Shown piece after piece: positions 28,805 to 37,601 of a DNA stretch of 55,118 nucleotides. Made by a program: the position numbers and the translations under genes. How positions within the stretch are numbered: the first letter of the stretch is position 1; every line of letters begins with the position of its first letter. The notes under the pieces are model-generated. The model saw only the letters and a program-made list of their open reading frames with translations. It searched no databases and was not told where the DNA came from. Origin of the DNA: an uncultured Deferribacteres bacterium (lineage in GTDB: Bacteria; Zhuqueibacterota; Zhuqueibacteria; Zhuqueibacterales; Geothermadaptataceae); the NCBI GenBank assembly GCA_964014485.1, contig CAXHAT010000023.1, positions 1 through 55,118 of the forward strand. The letters are read 5' to 3'.

Positions 28805-29085
28805 CTGATGTTACGCGCCATCTTCATAATACAGCAACTGTTTATCAACGCCATTCCGCAGAAGCGCACTACCGTCAACCTGATTTCGGGACGTCCGAAT
28901 TCTCGTTCCCAATCTCTGGATTGGGAACGCAATTGCACCCGAAACTCCAGTTTCGAGTGAATACTTTGGCTCGAAACCGGAGTTTCGAGCCCATCTCCAT
29001 TCCCAAACCGGAGTTTGGGAACGAGCCGCAATGAGGCGCTGTTTTCGGTTTGGCTTCAGAAATGCTTTGCTGCGCGTAACATCAG
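28805..29085. mobile_element. MITE copy C (CTGATGTTACGC family), 281 bp
   Basis: TIRs ctgatgttacgcgc/gcgcgtaacatcag; target duplication TGAGTCA/TGAGTAA; cargo of gttccca..tgggaac and cgaaac..gtttcg hairpins; highly similar to 51936-52217. Confidence 0.9.
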
Positions 29086-29281
29086 TGAGTAAATCTTTTT
29101 CAGAATGCGACGATTCATCGTCGTCGGCAAGGCCCACTCAAACACTGAAGCGTTTGACGCCGGGGTTATTTCCTGGAGACCGTGAAAGCTGGCGGGAAGC
29201 TCTAAAGGCGGGGCCCGTTCGCAACGGCGTTTCGTGACATGTATTTAGATACAAATTTCCATGCTTTTTTTTTCTTGAAAA

Positions 29282-29638
29282 TTGGACGCGTTTATGACTC
29301 AACTGTCGCAAACCACGCTGCTTTTCGGGGCGCTTTTGCTCATGTTCGGGGTTCTTTTTCTATTGCAAATTTGGGCAATCTTGCGTATTAAGGAAATGTT
29401 ACAGCAAGTTACTGAAATTCTGAGATTTGTCAAGGCAAGTACGCGTGTTGTCAGGCGCTTGCCCGCGCCCCAAAAACATATGCAGGCGGTCTGTGAGAAT
29501 TGCAAATTTCGCAGTACGTTTTTGTCCAACGAAAAGCCGCCGCGTTTTCTTTACAAATGCAAAAAAAACAATTCAGAAATTGAATTGACCCATACTTGCC
29601 GGCTCTTCAAATTGGATCCTCAAAGCAAAGAAACCTAG
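29282..29638 (+). CDS. Membrane-anchored hypothetical protein with a 4-Cys motif
   Basis: N-terminal hydrophobic helix; CENC...C...C; start may be the ATG a few codons downstream. Confidence 0.6.
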   Translation: MDAFMTQLSQTTLLFGALLLMFGVLFLLQIWAILRIKEMLQQVTEILRFVKASTRVVRRLPAPQKHMQAVCENCKFRSTFLSNEKPPRFLYKCKKNNSEIELTHTCRLFKLDPQSKET

Positions 29639-29639
29639 C

Positions 29640-30008
29640 ATGGAAAGCTCGAATTTTGAAACTTTCACCGTCCATCTCTACGAAGATATTGCCATCCTGA
29701 AGCTCACCGAAAAACGCATCTACATGCAAACTTCCGACAAATTTGGGGACGAAATCATACGATTCTTTGAATCCGCCGTAAACTCAGTGATTTTTGATTT
29801 ATCGCAAGTCAGCGTCATGAACAGCGCCGCGTTAGGCGTGCTTATCGGCGCACAGAACGAGATCGAAAAACGCGACGGCAGGCTTTCAGTCGCCGGATTG
29901 CAGCCTTTAATGAAGGATATTTTCGAAAGGATGCGTTTGGAATTGTTGTTTGAAATTGACGACTCCGTACAAGTCGCGCGTGAAAGGTTGGAAAAACCCC
30001 AAAAATAA
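29640..30008 (+). CDS. STAS-domain anti-sigma-factor antagonist
   Basis: IFDLSQVSVMNSAALGVL, IFERMRL..LF. Confidence 0.88.
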   Translation: MESSNFETFTVHLYEDIAILKLTEKRIYMQTSDKFGDEIIRFFESAVNSVIFDLSQVSVMNSAALGVLIGAQNEIEKRDGRLSVAGLQPLMKDIFERMRLELLFEIDDSVQVARERLEKPQK

Positions 30009-30011
30009 AAA

Positions 30012-30186
30012 GCCCCGCATCAGCTTGGTAATCAAAGAACCTTTATTGACACAGTGGGCGCCGCCTCAACGCTTTTTACGTCCACTGAATCCCGCAACAG
30101 CCGGGATGAGGCATGTAATACACGCTCAGAGCTAAGCTCCCTAAAATTAGGTATTGGTCTTTGATTTACGCTCGCTGGTGCAGGGC
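30012..30186 (-). ncRNA. ssrS: 6S RNA
   Basis: Minus strand gccctgca...tgcggggc terminal stem; aatcaaagacc/ggttctttgatt stem; ACCAATACC..AGGGAGC and CGCCCAC central-bubble motifs; upstream TTGACA-17-CATTAT. Confidence 0.85.
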
Positions 30187-30214
30187 GTGAAGGCCTTCAT
30201 AGTGCGGGAGAATA

Positions 30215-31456
30215 ATGATGATTAATCAGCAGAATGTCAAGCTAAAATTGCGAGCCCGCTCGAATAGTTTTATATGTTTTTCCATCATTTTCCTTATGGC
30301 CAAACCCGACCTTTTAAGCTCACAAACTCCAAGTTCTGACCGTATTCGCGCTCGAGCCGCAGGCGTTGAAATCGGCGTTTTTCAGCCTGGAAAATTTAAT
30401 GGAATTACGGACGTTTCCGGCGTTTTAATTGGTCAGGAAACCGTGACTCTCGGTGATTCCGTCAGGACGGGCGTCACGGCGATTTTGCCGCACGCAGACA
30501 ACCTTTTTCAAGAAAAAGTTCCCGCCGCCGTTTACGTTGGCAACGGGTTTGGTAAGCTCATGGGATCGACCCAAATCGAAGAGCTTGGCCAGATCGAATC
30601 TCCGATTCTGCTCACCAATACCCTCAACGTTTCGCGCGTCGCGGACGCACTCATCGGCTACATGCTGAATCTCCCCGGAAACGAAAACGTTCGTTCTATC
30701 AACGTCGTTGTCGGCGAAACCAATGACGGTTATTTGAATGACATTCGCGGCAGACACGTTAACGAGCGGCACGTCTTGGCGGCAATTCAAAACGCCGCGT
30801 CAGGGCCGGTCGCTGAAGGCAGCGTGGGCGCAGGCGCCGGGACGCGCTGTCTTGGCTTCAAGGGCGGAATCGGCACTTCATCGCGCGTTTTGCCGCAAAG
30901 TCTAGGCGGCTATACTGTTGGCGTCTTGGTGCAGAGCAATTTCGGCGGCGCATTAGTCATCAACGGCGCGCCGGTTGGGAGAGAACTGAATTCTTTCGCT
31001 TACAAGAACGCCCTGCCATACCCGGACGGCGACGGCTCGATCATGATGGTTGTCGCGACGGACGCCCCGCTTTCCTCGCGAAATCTGAAACGTTTGGCCA
31101 AACGCGCCATGCTCGGCATGTCGCGAACCGGCGGTTTTGCCTCGAACGGCAGCGGAGATTACGTGATTGCTTTTTCAACGGCCAATCGAATTCCGCCGTC
31201 TGAAAATGAGCGGACGCTTACGAGAACGACTTTACGAAACAACGCTATGTCGCCGCTTTTCCTTGCCGTTGTTGAAGCGACTGAAGAGGCGATTATCAAT
31301 TCATTGTTCATGGCGACTTCCGTCACGGGTTTTGATGGTCGCACGACCAAAGCGCTGCCAATTCAGGAAACGATTGACATTCTCAAGAAGTATAATGTAT
31401 TGCATCAAAATGAAAAACTGCCTTCGTGGAAATCACCAAAGGTTAATCAGCAATAG
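30215..31456 (+). CDS. DmpA-family (P1/S58) aminopeptidase
   Basis: RTGVTAILPH, NGFGKL, VGETNDGYLNDI, GDGS autocleavage site, NGSGD. Confidence 0.92.
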   Translation: MMINQQNVKLKLRARSNSFICFSIIFLMAKPDLLSSQTPSSDRIRARAAGVEIGVFQPGKFNGITDVSGVLIGQETVTLGDSVRTGVTAILPHADNLFQEKVPAAVYVGNGFGKLMGSTQIEELGQIESPILLTNTLNVSRVADALIGYMLNLPGNENVRSINVVVGETNDGYLNDIRGRHVNERHVLAAIQNAASGPVAEGSVGAGAGTRCLGFKGGIGTSSRVLPQSLGGYTVGVLVQSNFGGALVINGAPVGRELNSFAYKNALPYPDGDGSIMMVVATDAPLSSRNLKRLAKRAMLGMSRTGGFASNGSGDYVIAFSTANRIPPSENERTLTRTTLRNNAMSPLFLAVVEATEEAIINSLFMATSVTGFDGRTTKALPIQETIDILKKYNVLHQNEKLPSWKSPKVNQQ

Positions 31457-31514
31457 CGCCGAGAAATTTAGCAAAGACCAGATTTTATCTTGACCTTCGC
31501 AAATTGCCTGCTGT

Positions 31515-31793
31515 ATGATCAAATCCTTCAAACACAAGGGACTCAAAAAGTTTTTCGAAAAGGACGACGCATCGAGGATTCATCAAAACCACATAAAACG
31601 TTTACGCCTTATTTTAACATTGCTTCATGGCGCCAAAGAAACTAAAGACATGAATTTTCCCGGATCGAATTTGCATAGGTTAGTCGGCGACAAACAAGAT
31701 CTATGGTCTGTACGGGTAAGCGGAAATTGGCGTATTGTATTTCGTTTAGAATATGGCGATGTTTATGATGTAGATTATTTGGACTACCATTGA
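31515..31793 (+). CDS. higB: HigB-like RelE/ParE toxin
   Basis: MIKSFKHKGLKKFF, LHRLVG, WSVRVSGNWRIVF, DYLDYH. Confidence 0.92.
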   Translation: MIKSFKHKGLKKFFEKDDASRIHQNHIKRLRLILTLLHGAKETKDMNFPGSNLHRLVGDKQDLWSVRVSGNWRIVFRLEYGDVYDVDYLDYH

Positions 31794-31805
31794 TTTTCAA
31801 TAAGG

Positions 31806-32117
31806 ATGAATGGAATGCAAATGGAGAAACCGGTGCACCCGGGAGAAGTTTTAAAAGAGTTGTATCTTGAACCTTTGCAATTAACCTTGGCCTTAGCCGC
31901 TAAGGGTCTCGGCATTTCTCGCAAAGCATTATCGGAATTGGTTAATGGAAACGTAGGAATAAGTACGCAAATGGCTTTGCGCCTTGGCAAGGCTTTTGGG
32001 ACTACCCCTGAGTTGTGGCTCAACATGCAACAAAACTACGATTTGCGGCTGGCTCGAGATAAAACCAGTTTATCGAAAGTTCAAGTTCTTTTTCATCAAA
32101 AAGCGTCAATGCATTAA
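31806..32117 (+). CDS. higA: HigA antitoxin
   Basis: PVHPGEVL, HTH, MALRLGKAFGTTPELWLNMQQNYDL. Confidence 0.92.
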   Translation: MNGMQMEKPVHPGEVLKELYLEPLQLTLALAAKGLGISRKALSELVNGNVGISTQMALRLGKAFGTTPELWLNMQQNYDLRLARDKTSLSKVQVLFHQKASMH

Positions 32118-32174
32118 TTTGTGCCAAATTTACAAAAAAATATAGCTTACCGATTTAAATTTAAGGCAAATGCT

Positions 32175-33482
32175 ATGAAACACAAAACTCGCTGTTTAAT
32201 ATCGTTCGCCGCCTTCCTTGTTTATTTAACTAGCTCAGTACAAGCTCAAGATTCTCGCGTGCTTTTGCTTGACGTTAACGGCGCCATCAATCCAGTTGTG
32301 GCTGAATACATCGTCGACGGCGTTAATCGCGCTGAAGACGAAAAATTTGAAGCTCTGATTTTGCAATTGGATACGCCGGGAGGCTTGCTCGAATCGACGC
32401 GCGACATCACCAAGCGCTTTCTACGGGCCAAAGTCCCGGTTATCGTTTACATCGCTCCTGACGGCGCGCGTGCGGCGTCAGCCGGGGTTTTTATTTCCTA
32501 CGCGGCCCACTTCGTCGCCATGGCGCCTTCGACGAATATTGGCGCGGCGCATCCCGTCAATTTGGACGGCAGTTCCGGCGGCGACTCAACGCAAACCGCG
32601 ATGATGGAAAAAGTGACCAACGACGCGGTCGCACAGGTTAAAGGAATGGCGGAAAAGCGCGGGCGAAATGCCGAGTGGGCTGAAGACGCCGTGCGGAACA
32701 GCGTTTCGATCACTGAAACGGAAGCTCTGTCTAATAACGTGATCAACTTCATCGCCGAAGACGTCAGCGACTTGCTGGAAAAACTGGACGGGATGAAAGC
32801 CGAGACGGAAAGCGGCGAAAAAATCCTGAGCACCAGGAACGCTGAAGTGATCAGCAGCCCGATGTCCTGGCGCGACCGCGTGCTCTACCAGCTTTCCAAC
32901 CCCAATCTCGCTTACATTTTGCTGATGATCGGTTTTTACGGCATCTATTTCGAATTGTCGAATCCGGGAGCGATCCTCCCAGGGGCGGTCGGTGCAATTT
33001 GTCTTATTCTGGCGTTCTATGCCATGCAAACGCTGCCGGTTAATTACGCTGGGTTGCTTCTGATTGTCGTCGCGATCATTTTGTTTATCTTGGAAGTCAA
33101 AATTCAAAGTTACGGCATGTTGACGCTGGGCGGCGTCGCAGCGATGATTATTGGATCATTGATGCTTTTCAAGTCGCCCGAAGATTTGTTAAACGAAGTC
33201 GAGGTTTCGTTGGAAATTATCATCATTTTCACGCTGCTGACGGCTGGATTTTTCGTTTTCGCTCTCGGTCTTGCGTTTCGCGCCCACCAAAAGAAAGTTG
33301 CCACCGGAAAAGAGGGTTTGGTGGGTGAAATCGGCAAGGCGCAGTCGGACTTGGATCCGCAAGGAACCGTCCTGGTAGACGGCGAATTATGGGACGCCTA
33401 TACCGACTCCGAAATTCACAAGGGCGACCGCGTTAAGGTCGTAGCCGTTGAAGCCATGCGGCTCAAAATTAGTAAGGCATAG
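32175..33482 (+). CDS. nfeD: NfeD membrane-bound serine protease (ClpP class)
   Basis: LDTPGG, RAASAG, NIGAAHPV, TM region, C-terminal GELW OB fold. Confidence 0.92.
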   Translation: MKHKTRCLISFAAFLVYLTSSVQAQDSRVLLLDVNGAINPVVAEYIVDGVNRAEDEKFEALILQLDTPGGLLESTRDITKRFLRAKVPVIVYIAPDGARAASAGVFISYAAHFVAMAPSTNIGAAHPVNLDGSSGGDSTQTAMMEKVTNDAVAQVKGMAEKRGRNAEWAEDAVRNSVSITETEALSNNVINFIAEDVSDLLEKLDGMKAETESGEKILSTRNAEVISSPMSWRDRVLYQLSNPNLAYILLMIGFYGIYFELSNPGAILPGAVGAICLILAFYAMQTLPVNYAGLLLIVVAIILFILEVKIQSYGMLTLGGVAAMIIGSLMLFKSPEDLLNEVEVSLEIIIIFTLLTAGFFVFALGLAFRAHQKKVATGKEGLVGEIGKAQSDLDPQGTVLVDGELWDAYTDSEIHKGDRVKVVAVEAMRLKISKA

Positions 33483-33583
33483 ATAGGCTTAGGCCTAAGG
33501 CTGTCGGCTAAAAGCTTTTTTACATATTGCTCAGCAAACAGCCTGAAATCTTCAGCCTAAACACCCAAAAAAAGGAGGACAGG

Positions 33584-34345
33584 ATGAGTACTTTCACGAC
33601 GCTTTTTCCAATAGTCGTTTTTCTCATCATGCTATTGGCCAGCGCGATCAAGGTGATTCGTGAATATGAACGCGCCGTTGTTTTCAGACTAGGACGCTAT
33701 ATCGGCGATAAGGGGCCGGGAATCATTTTTCTCATTCCCCTTATCGATAAAATGGAGCGCGTGAGTCTGCGCGTTGTCGCGATGGACGTGCCGCCGCAAG
33801 ACGTTATCACCAAAGACAACGTTTCCGTCAAAGTGAACGCCGTACTCTATTTTCGCGTTCTCGATCCCGGCAAGGCCGTGCTCAAAGTTCAAGACTTCCT
33901 GTTCGCCACTTCACAGTTGGCGCAAACGACCTTGCGCTCGGTTCTGGGACAAGCTGAACTCGATGAAATGCTGTCACAGCGCGAAAAAATCAACGAAAAG
34001 CTGCAAAGCCTGATTGATGCTCAATCCGATCCCTGGGGCGTCAAAGTCTCACAAGTTGAGTTGAAGCATGTGGATTTGCCTAGCGAGATGCAGCGCGCCA
34101 TGGCAAAGCAAGCGGAAGCGGAAAGAGAGAAGCGCGCCAAAGTTATTCACGCGGAAGGCGAGTTTCAAGCGTCCAAACAATTGGCGGAAGCTGCTAAAAT
34201 CATCAGTCAAGACCCGGCGACTTTGCAATTGCGCTATTTGCAGACGCTCTCGGAAATTGCGACGGAAAATAATTCTACGACTATTTTCCCAATTCCAATC
34301 GAAATTCTCAAGCCGTTTTTGGAGAAACAAGCCGCAAGCAAGTAA
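33584..34345 (+). CDS. SPFH/slipin (stomatin-like) protein
   Basis: [42 protein letters not shown]; downstream of nfeD. Confidence 0.95.
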   Translation: MSTFTTLFPIVVFLIMLLASAIKVIREYERAVVFRLGRYIGDKGPGIIFLIPLIDKMERVSLRVVAMDVPPQDVITKDNVSVKVNAVLYFRVLDPGKAVLKVQDFLFATSQLAQTTLRSVLGQAELDEMLSQREKINEKLQSLIDAQSDPWGVKVSQVELKHVDLPSEMQRAMAKQAEAEREKRAKVIHAEGEFQASKQLAEAAKIISQDPATLQLRYLQTLSEIATENNSTTIFPIPIEILKPFLEKQAASK

Positions 34346-34356
34346 TCTCTGATTGA

Positions 34357-34430
34357 TGGAATGCTGGATTCCTGGATTGTTCGGAAGCTCAATTTCGATC
34401 AAGCCACGATTCCGGCATTCCACTATTCCG
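34357..34430. repeat. Inverted array of 8-bp TGGA/TCC units
   Basis: tggaatgc-tggattcc-tggattgt ... tccggcat-tccactat-tccg. Confidence 0.65.
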
Positions 34431-35487
34431 CGAGTTCATCCATCCTTTTTGTCCCAGCAATCTCCATCACAAAATTCGCCCCAAAAGCCTGCGCCGGCGT
34501 TATGGCGCCAATAATTCCCCCGGTAAGCACTTTTTCAATCGAGAGTAAACTGGCGACAGCAGTAAGCTGGTAAGCTTCCATTGTTTCGAGCCACGCTTCC
34601 GCGGAATCGCCGTTTTCGTTCCAGACTTTCGCCCAAAGATGGCATCGCGCCGTCTCGCGGATTTTCGCATTTGGACCGTACACGTTTTTTTCGACCCACT
34701 TTTGCGCTAATCTTCGGATTGGCGTAATCGCGAGCAGTTTTTGCCCGAGGCCGCCAAAGCGACGCATTTGTTCGATCTGCTTTTTCGGAAAAGCCATGTA
34801 GACGGTGATGCTTGGAATGCCCGTCGATGCGTGAGCCGTCACCAAATCGCCCCAAGTATTCGCGGTGCAAAGCCGCTCTCGATCATTGTAGCGAATTTGC
34901 CGAACATCTGATCCCATTTTGATATTCTCAAGCTTGCCGTTGCGCCGAATGAAAGCGCCTTGGTGCATATGCTCCAAAGCTGTTTTTGTCGTTCCGGGAC
35001 TCAAGCCGTTCAACGCCGCTACGCCTAGCTCCAAATGCGTTGGATTTTCTACTTTTTTCGCCACATAATTCGCCAGACAATCGGACGGCACAACGTCGAA
35101 GCCTGTGCCGGAAATCAGGGCGACTTCAGCGGCTTTTGCTTTTTCATCCAAAGACAGCGTGTGCTCGAAAACACTCGTTTCGCCGGTAACGTCGAGATAG
35201 TGCGTTTTGCTTTTCAAACAAGCGTCCACCATCGGCGCACTCGTGTGGACGTAAGGCCCCGCAGCGTGAAAAACAAGATCAACGTCTTCCAGCGCGCGCG
35301 TTAGAACTTCGTGATCGTTCAAGTTGAGAATCCGGGATTCCAACGCGAATTTTTCGGCGATTGGGGCGAGTTTTTCGCGTGATCGTCCGGCCAGCACAGG
35401 ACGATGTCCGCGCTTGACCGCTTCTTCCACAACCAGTGCGCCCGTATAGCCGTAAGCGCCGTAAATCATCCATTTTTTGTCTGTCAT
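34423..35487 (-). CDS. Saccharopine dehydrogenase-like oxidoreductase
   Basis: IYGAYGYTG, AGPY, HYLDVTGE, GFDVVPSD, TPAQAFG. Confidence 0.9.
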   Translation of the reverse strand: MTDKKWMIYGAYGYTGALVVEEAVKRGHRPVLAGRSREKLAPIAEKFALESRILNLNDHEVLTRALEDVDLVFHAAGPYVHTSAPMVDACLKSKTHYLDVTGETSVFEHTLSLDEKAKAAEVALISGTGFDVVPSDCLANYVAKKVENPTHLELGVAALNGLSPGTTKTALEHMHQGAFIRRNGKLENIKMGSDVRQIRYNDRERLCTANTWGDLVTAHASTGIPSITVYMAFPKKQIEQMRRFGGLGQKLLAITPIRRLAQKWVEKNVYGPNAKIRETARCHLWAKVWNENGDSAEAWLETMEAYQLTAVASLLSIEKVLTGGIIGAITPAQAFGANFVMEIAGTKRMDELAE

Positions 35488-35500
35488 CCCTGCTCCTTTT

Positions 35501-36667
35501 CTATTCTTTTTCGCCGCAATAATTTATCGCCGATTCAACCAGTATTTTCGCCAGCTTTTCAACTGAATCGAGGTCAACCCACTCTACCGCGGCATGAGCG
35601 CCGGTTCCGCCGGGGCCGATCACCACAGTTTCGATGCCTGCCGACGATAGCAGCGCCGAATCCATCCAGGGCGTGTCGCCAAAATAGTTTGGCTCGTTTT
35701 TCAAGACCTTTTTCGAAGCCTGCGTCACGCCTTGCACGATCCCCGCGTCGCGGTCAACTTCAAAAGCGTCGCGCACGCAGGTAACTTTTAAGCTTGCCGA
35801 AAATGCTTCGTCTTCCCGCGCCAGCGTATCAATGATCCCCTGAATTTCGGCGACGATTTGCGCTTCCGTCTCGCTCGGGATGGTTCGGCGTTCGATCTCC
35901 AGCTTGCAATTGGCGGCGTAGGTGCTGATTCCCGTGCCGCCGTGCAGAGTCGCCGCATGGATCGACCCCGGCCCGACAAGCGCGTGCTGTCTGCTGGTTC
36001 TTAATTTTTTTTCAAGCAAATCCAGCTTTGCCAAAAAACGTCCCATGTGCATGTTGGCGTCCACGCCGTCCATGAATTTGCTGCCGTGTGCCGCCACGCC
36101 GTGTGTTTCAACTTCCAGCCAAATAAAGCCCTTGTGCGCCAGACAAACATCAAGCTGCGTCGGTTCCGTGACGATGGCGGCGGTCGTCGGGAAATGCCGA
36201 ATCACGTCGCTCGTGCCAATGCTGGTGAATTCTTCGTCCGCGACGCCAGCGATCACCAAATCTCCGTCAAGTTGAATATTTTTTTCAGCAATCGCTTTGC
36301 CCGCCGCCATGCACGCCGCCATCGCGCCTTTCATATCGAAAGCGCCGCGTCCGTACAATTTTCCATCGCGAATTTCTCCGGAAAACGGATTTTCCATGCC
36401 CTCGACGCCGACCGTATCGATGTGTGCGTTGAGCATCAATGACTTGCCGCCGCCCTTACCGCGCAACACGCCGACGACGGAATCGCGTCCCGGCGCTGTG
36501 TTGAGAATCGTGGTTTTGAAGCCAAGAGTTTCCAAGTCATGTCCAATAAACGCCGCAATTTCAGCCTCGCCCGCGCCTGTTCTATCCAGCAGCGGATTGA
36601 TCGAATTGATCTGCACGAGCTTGGCGAGCGTTTTTTCAATATAATGACGGTCGATAAGTCCTGACAT
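35501..36667 (-). CDS. ArgE/DapE-family M20 deacylase
   Basis: ATG after AAGGAG; NAHIDTV, GRGAFDMKG, DEE, TEPT, AHAAVE. Confidence 0.92.
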   Translation of the reverse strand: MSGLIDRHYIEKTLAKLVQINSINPLLDRTGAGEAEIAAFIGHDLETLGFKTTILNTAPGRDSVVGVLRGKGGGKSLMLNAHIDTVGVEGMENPFSGEIRDGKLYGRGAFDMKGAMAACMAAGKAIAEKNIQLDGDLVIAGVADEEFTSIGTSDVIRHFPTTAAIVTEPTQLDVCLAHKGFIWLEVETHGVAAHGSKFMDGVDANMHMGRFLAKLDLLEKKLRTSRQHALVGPGSIHAATLHGGTGISTYAANCKLEIERRTIPSETEAQIVAEIQGIIDTLAREDEAFSASLKVTCVRDAFEVDRDAGIVQGVTQASKKVLKNEPNYFGDTPWMDSALLSSAGIETVVIGPGGTGAHAAVEWVDLDSVEKLAKILVESAINYCGEKE

Positions 36668-36769
36668 GATACTTCTCCTTAAAATGGCTTGATTACGCAT
36701 GGGATAATTAAAAAATGAGGAGGGAGAAAAGAGGGATTTCGAACGAGAGATTACGAGCGGCCAATCCAG

Positions 36770-36817
36770 TTTTTCATACTCGTTTCCAGTTCAAAATCTG
36801 GGAACGAGTATGAAAAA
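36770..36817. repeat. REP-like palindrome related to the MITE C/D cargo
   Basis: tttttcatactcgtttccag-ttcaaaat-ctgggaacgagtatgaaaaa. Confidence 0.7.
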
Positions 36818-36971
36818 GCTTCCAGGAAGACCGGTCGCGCATGTATTGTCCAAAACAGCTGGCGCTGATTTGGGTCAGGACAATGCTACGGTTAGGCACA
36901 TTACCCTCTCGTCGAGAGAATGCGTTGTGTGTCGATGCTTATTCTGCTGTCTGAATTTGCTTCAGCAGAGA

Positions 36972-37556
36972 TCACGCAAACTCAGACAGATCATGGGCAT
37001 TGCACATGATCTCCCAAGAGTCATTGCCATGCGGGCGGCCTAGTCCATCCCAGAGTTCCCTATACGCGTCCCATCCATGGCGGTAGGATTGCGCTATAGT
37101 CTCCACGGACATACCGTCAAAAGTCGTTGAAGTAACTTGGCTCGGATGAACGAGGGGATTCCGGAACTTCCTGTATAAATCCGCTACGTAAGTGGAAATT
37201 GACGTGGTTGATCGCCCAACCTGATTCAGTGACCTTTTCCACTTATCCGCAAAGTTTCGTGGATTCAACCCCGCAAGCAATGGCTCCGTTTCCAAGGCAT
37301 GATTGATCAGTGCCTCCATCATCGCTTGATACAGAATGATGCTAGCTCCGGCCACCTTTAGGAATTTGCGTGTAAGGAATTCTCGTTCAGAAACTAGCTT
37401 GGCGTACGTAGGAGACACCAGTTCGTGATTATCGAGTTCATCCCCCTTTGACATGAACTCCACTTGATGATCGCGCGCAGTTCGTAGCAGTTCCATCGCG
37501 GCGTGGCCATGACTATGTGCTATACTCCAGTTGTCTGTCGTGTTGAATCTGAACAT
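36972..37556 (-). CDS. Hypothetical protein with HEPN-like Rx4H motif
   Basis: ASIILYQAMMEALIN helix and FRNPLVHP; bracketed by GTTAGGC/GCCTAAC sites. Confidence 0.6.
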   Translation of the reverse strand: MFRFNTTDNWSIAHSHGHAAMELLRTARDHQVEFMSKGDELDNHELVSPTYAKLVSEREFLTRKFLKVAGASIILYQAMMEALINHALETEPLLAGLNPRNFADKWKRSLNQVGRSTTSISTYVADLYRKFRNPLVHPSQVTSTTFDGMSVETIAQSYRHGWDAYRELWDGLGRPHGNDSWEIMCNAHDLSEFA

Positions 37557-37601
37557 ACAGTTGAGTCTCTCTCTTTTTGGAATTGAGCGTGATAGCCTAA
37601 C

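Noticed and set aside
28900..29030. Clustered palindromes as a mini CRISPR array
   Set aside because: The units are inverted, with no unique regular spacers and no cas genes; they fit REP clusters.
22888..29085. Composite transposon formed by MITEs B and C around the two-component genes
   Set aside because: Each MITE has its own matching target duplication, indicating independent insertions.
28588..29237. ORFs across MITE C (and 51908-52264 across MITE D) as possible transposases
   Set aside because: They are short, lack DDE or HUH motifs and are translations of palindromic repeats.
29120..29240. GC-rich multi-hairpin stretch as a riboswitch or ncRNA
   Set aside because: No recognisable family motif; one hairpin resembles the CTGAAG REP unit.
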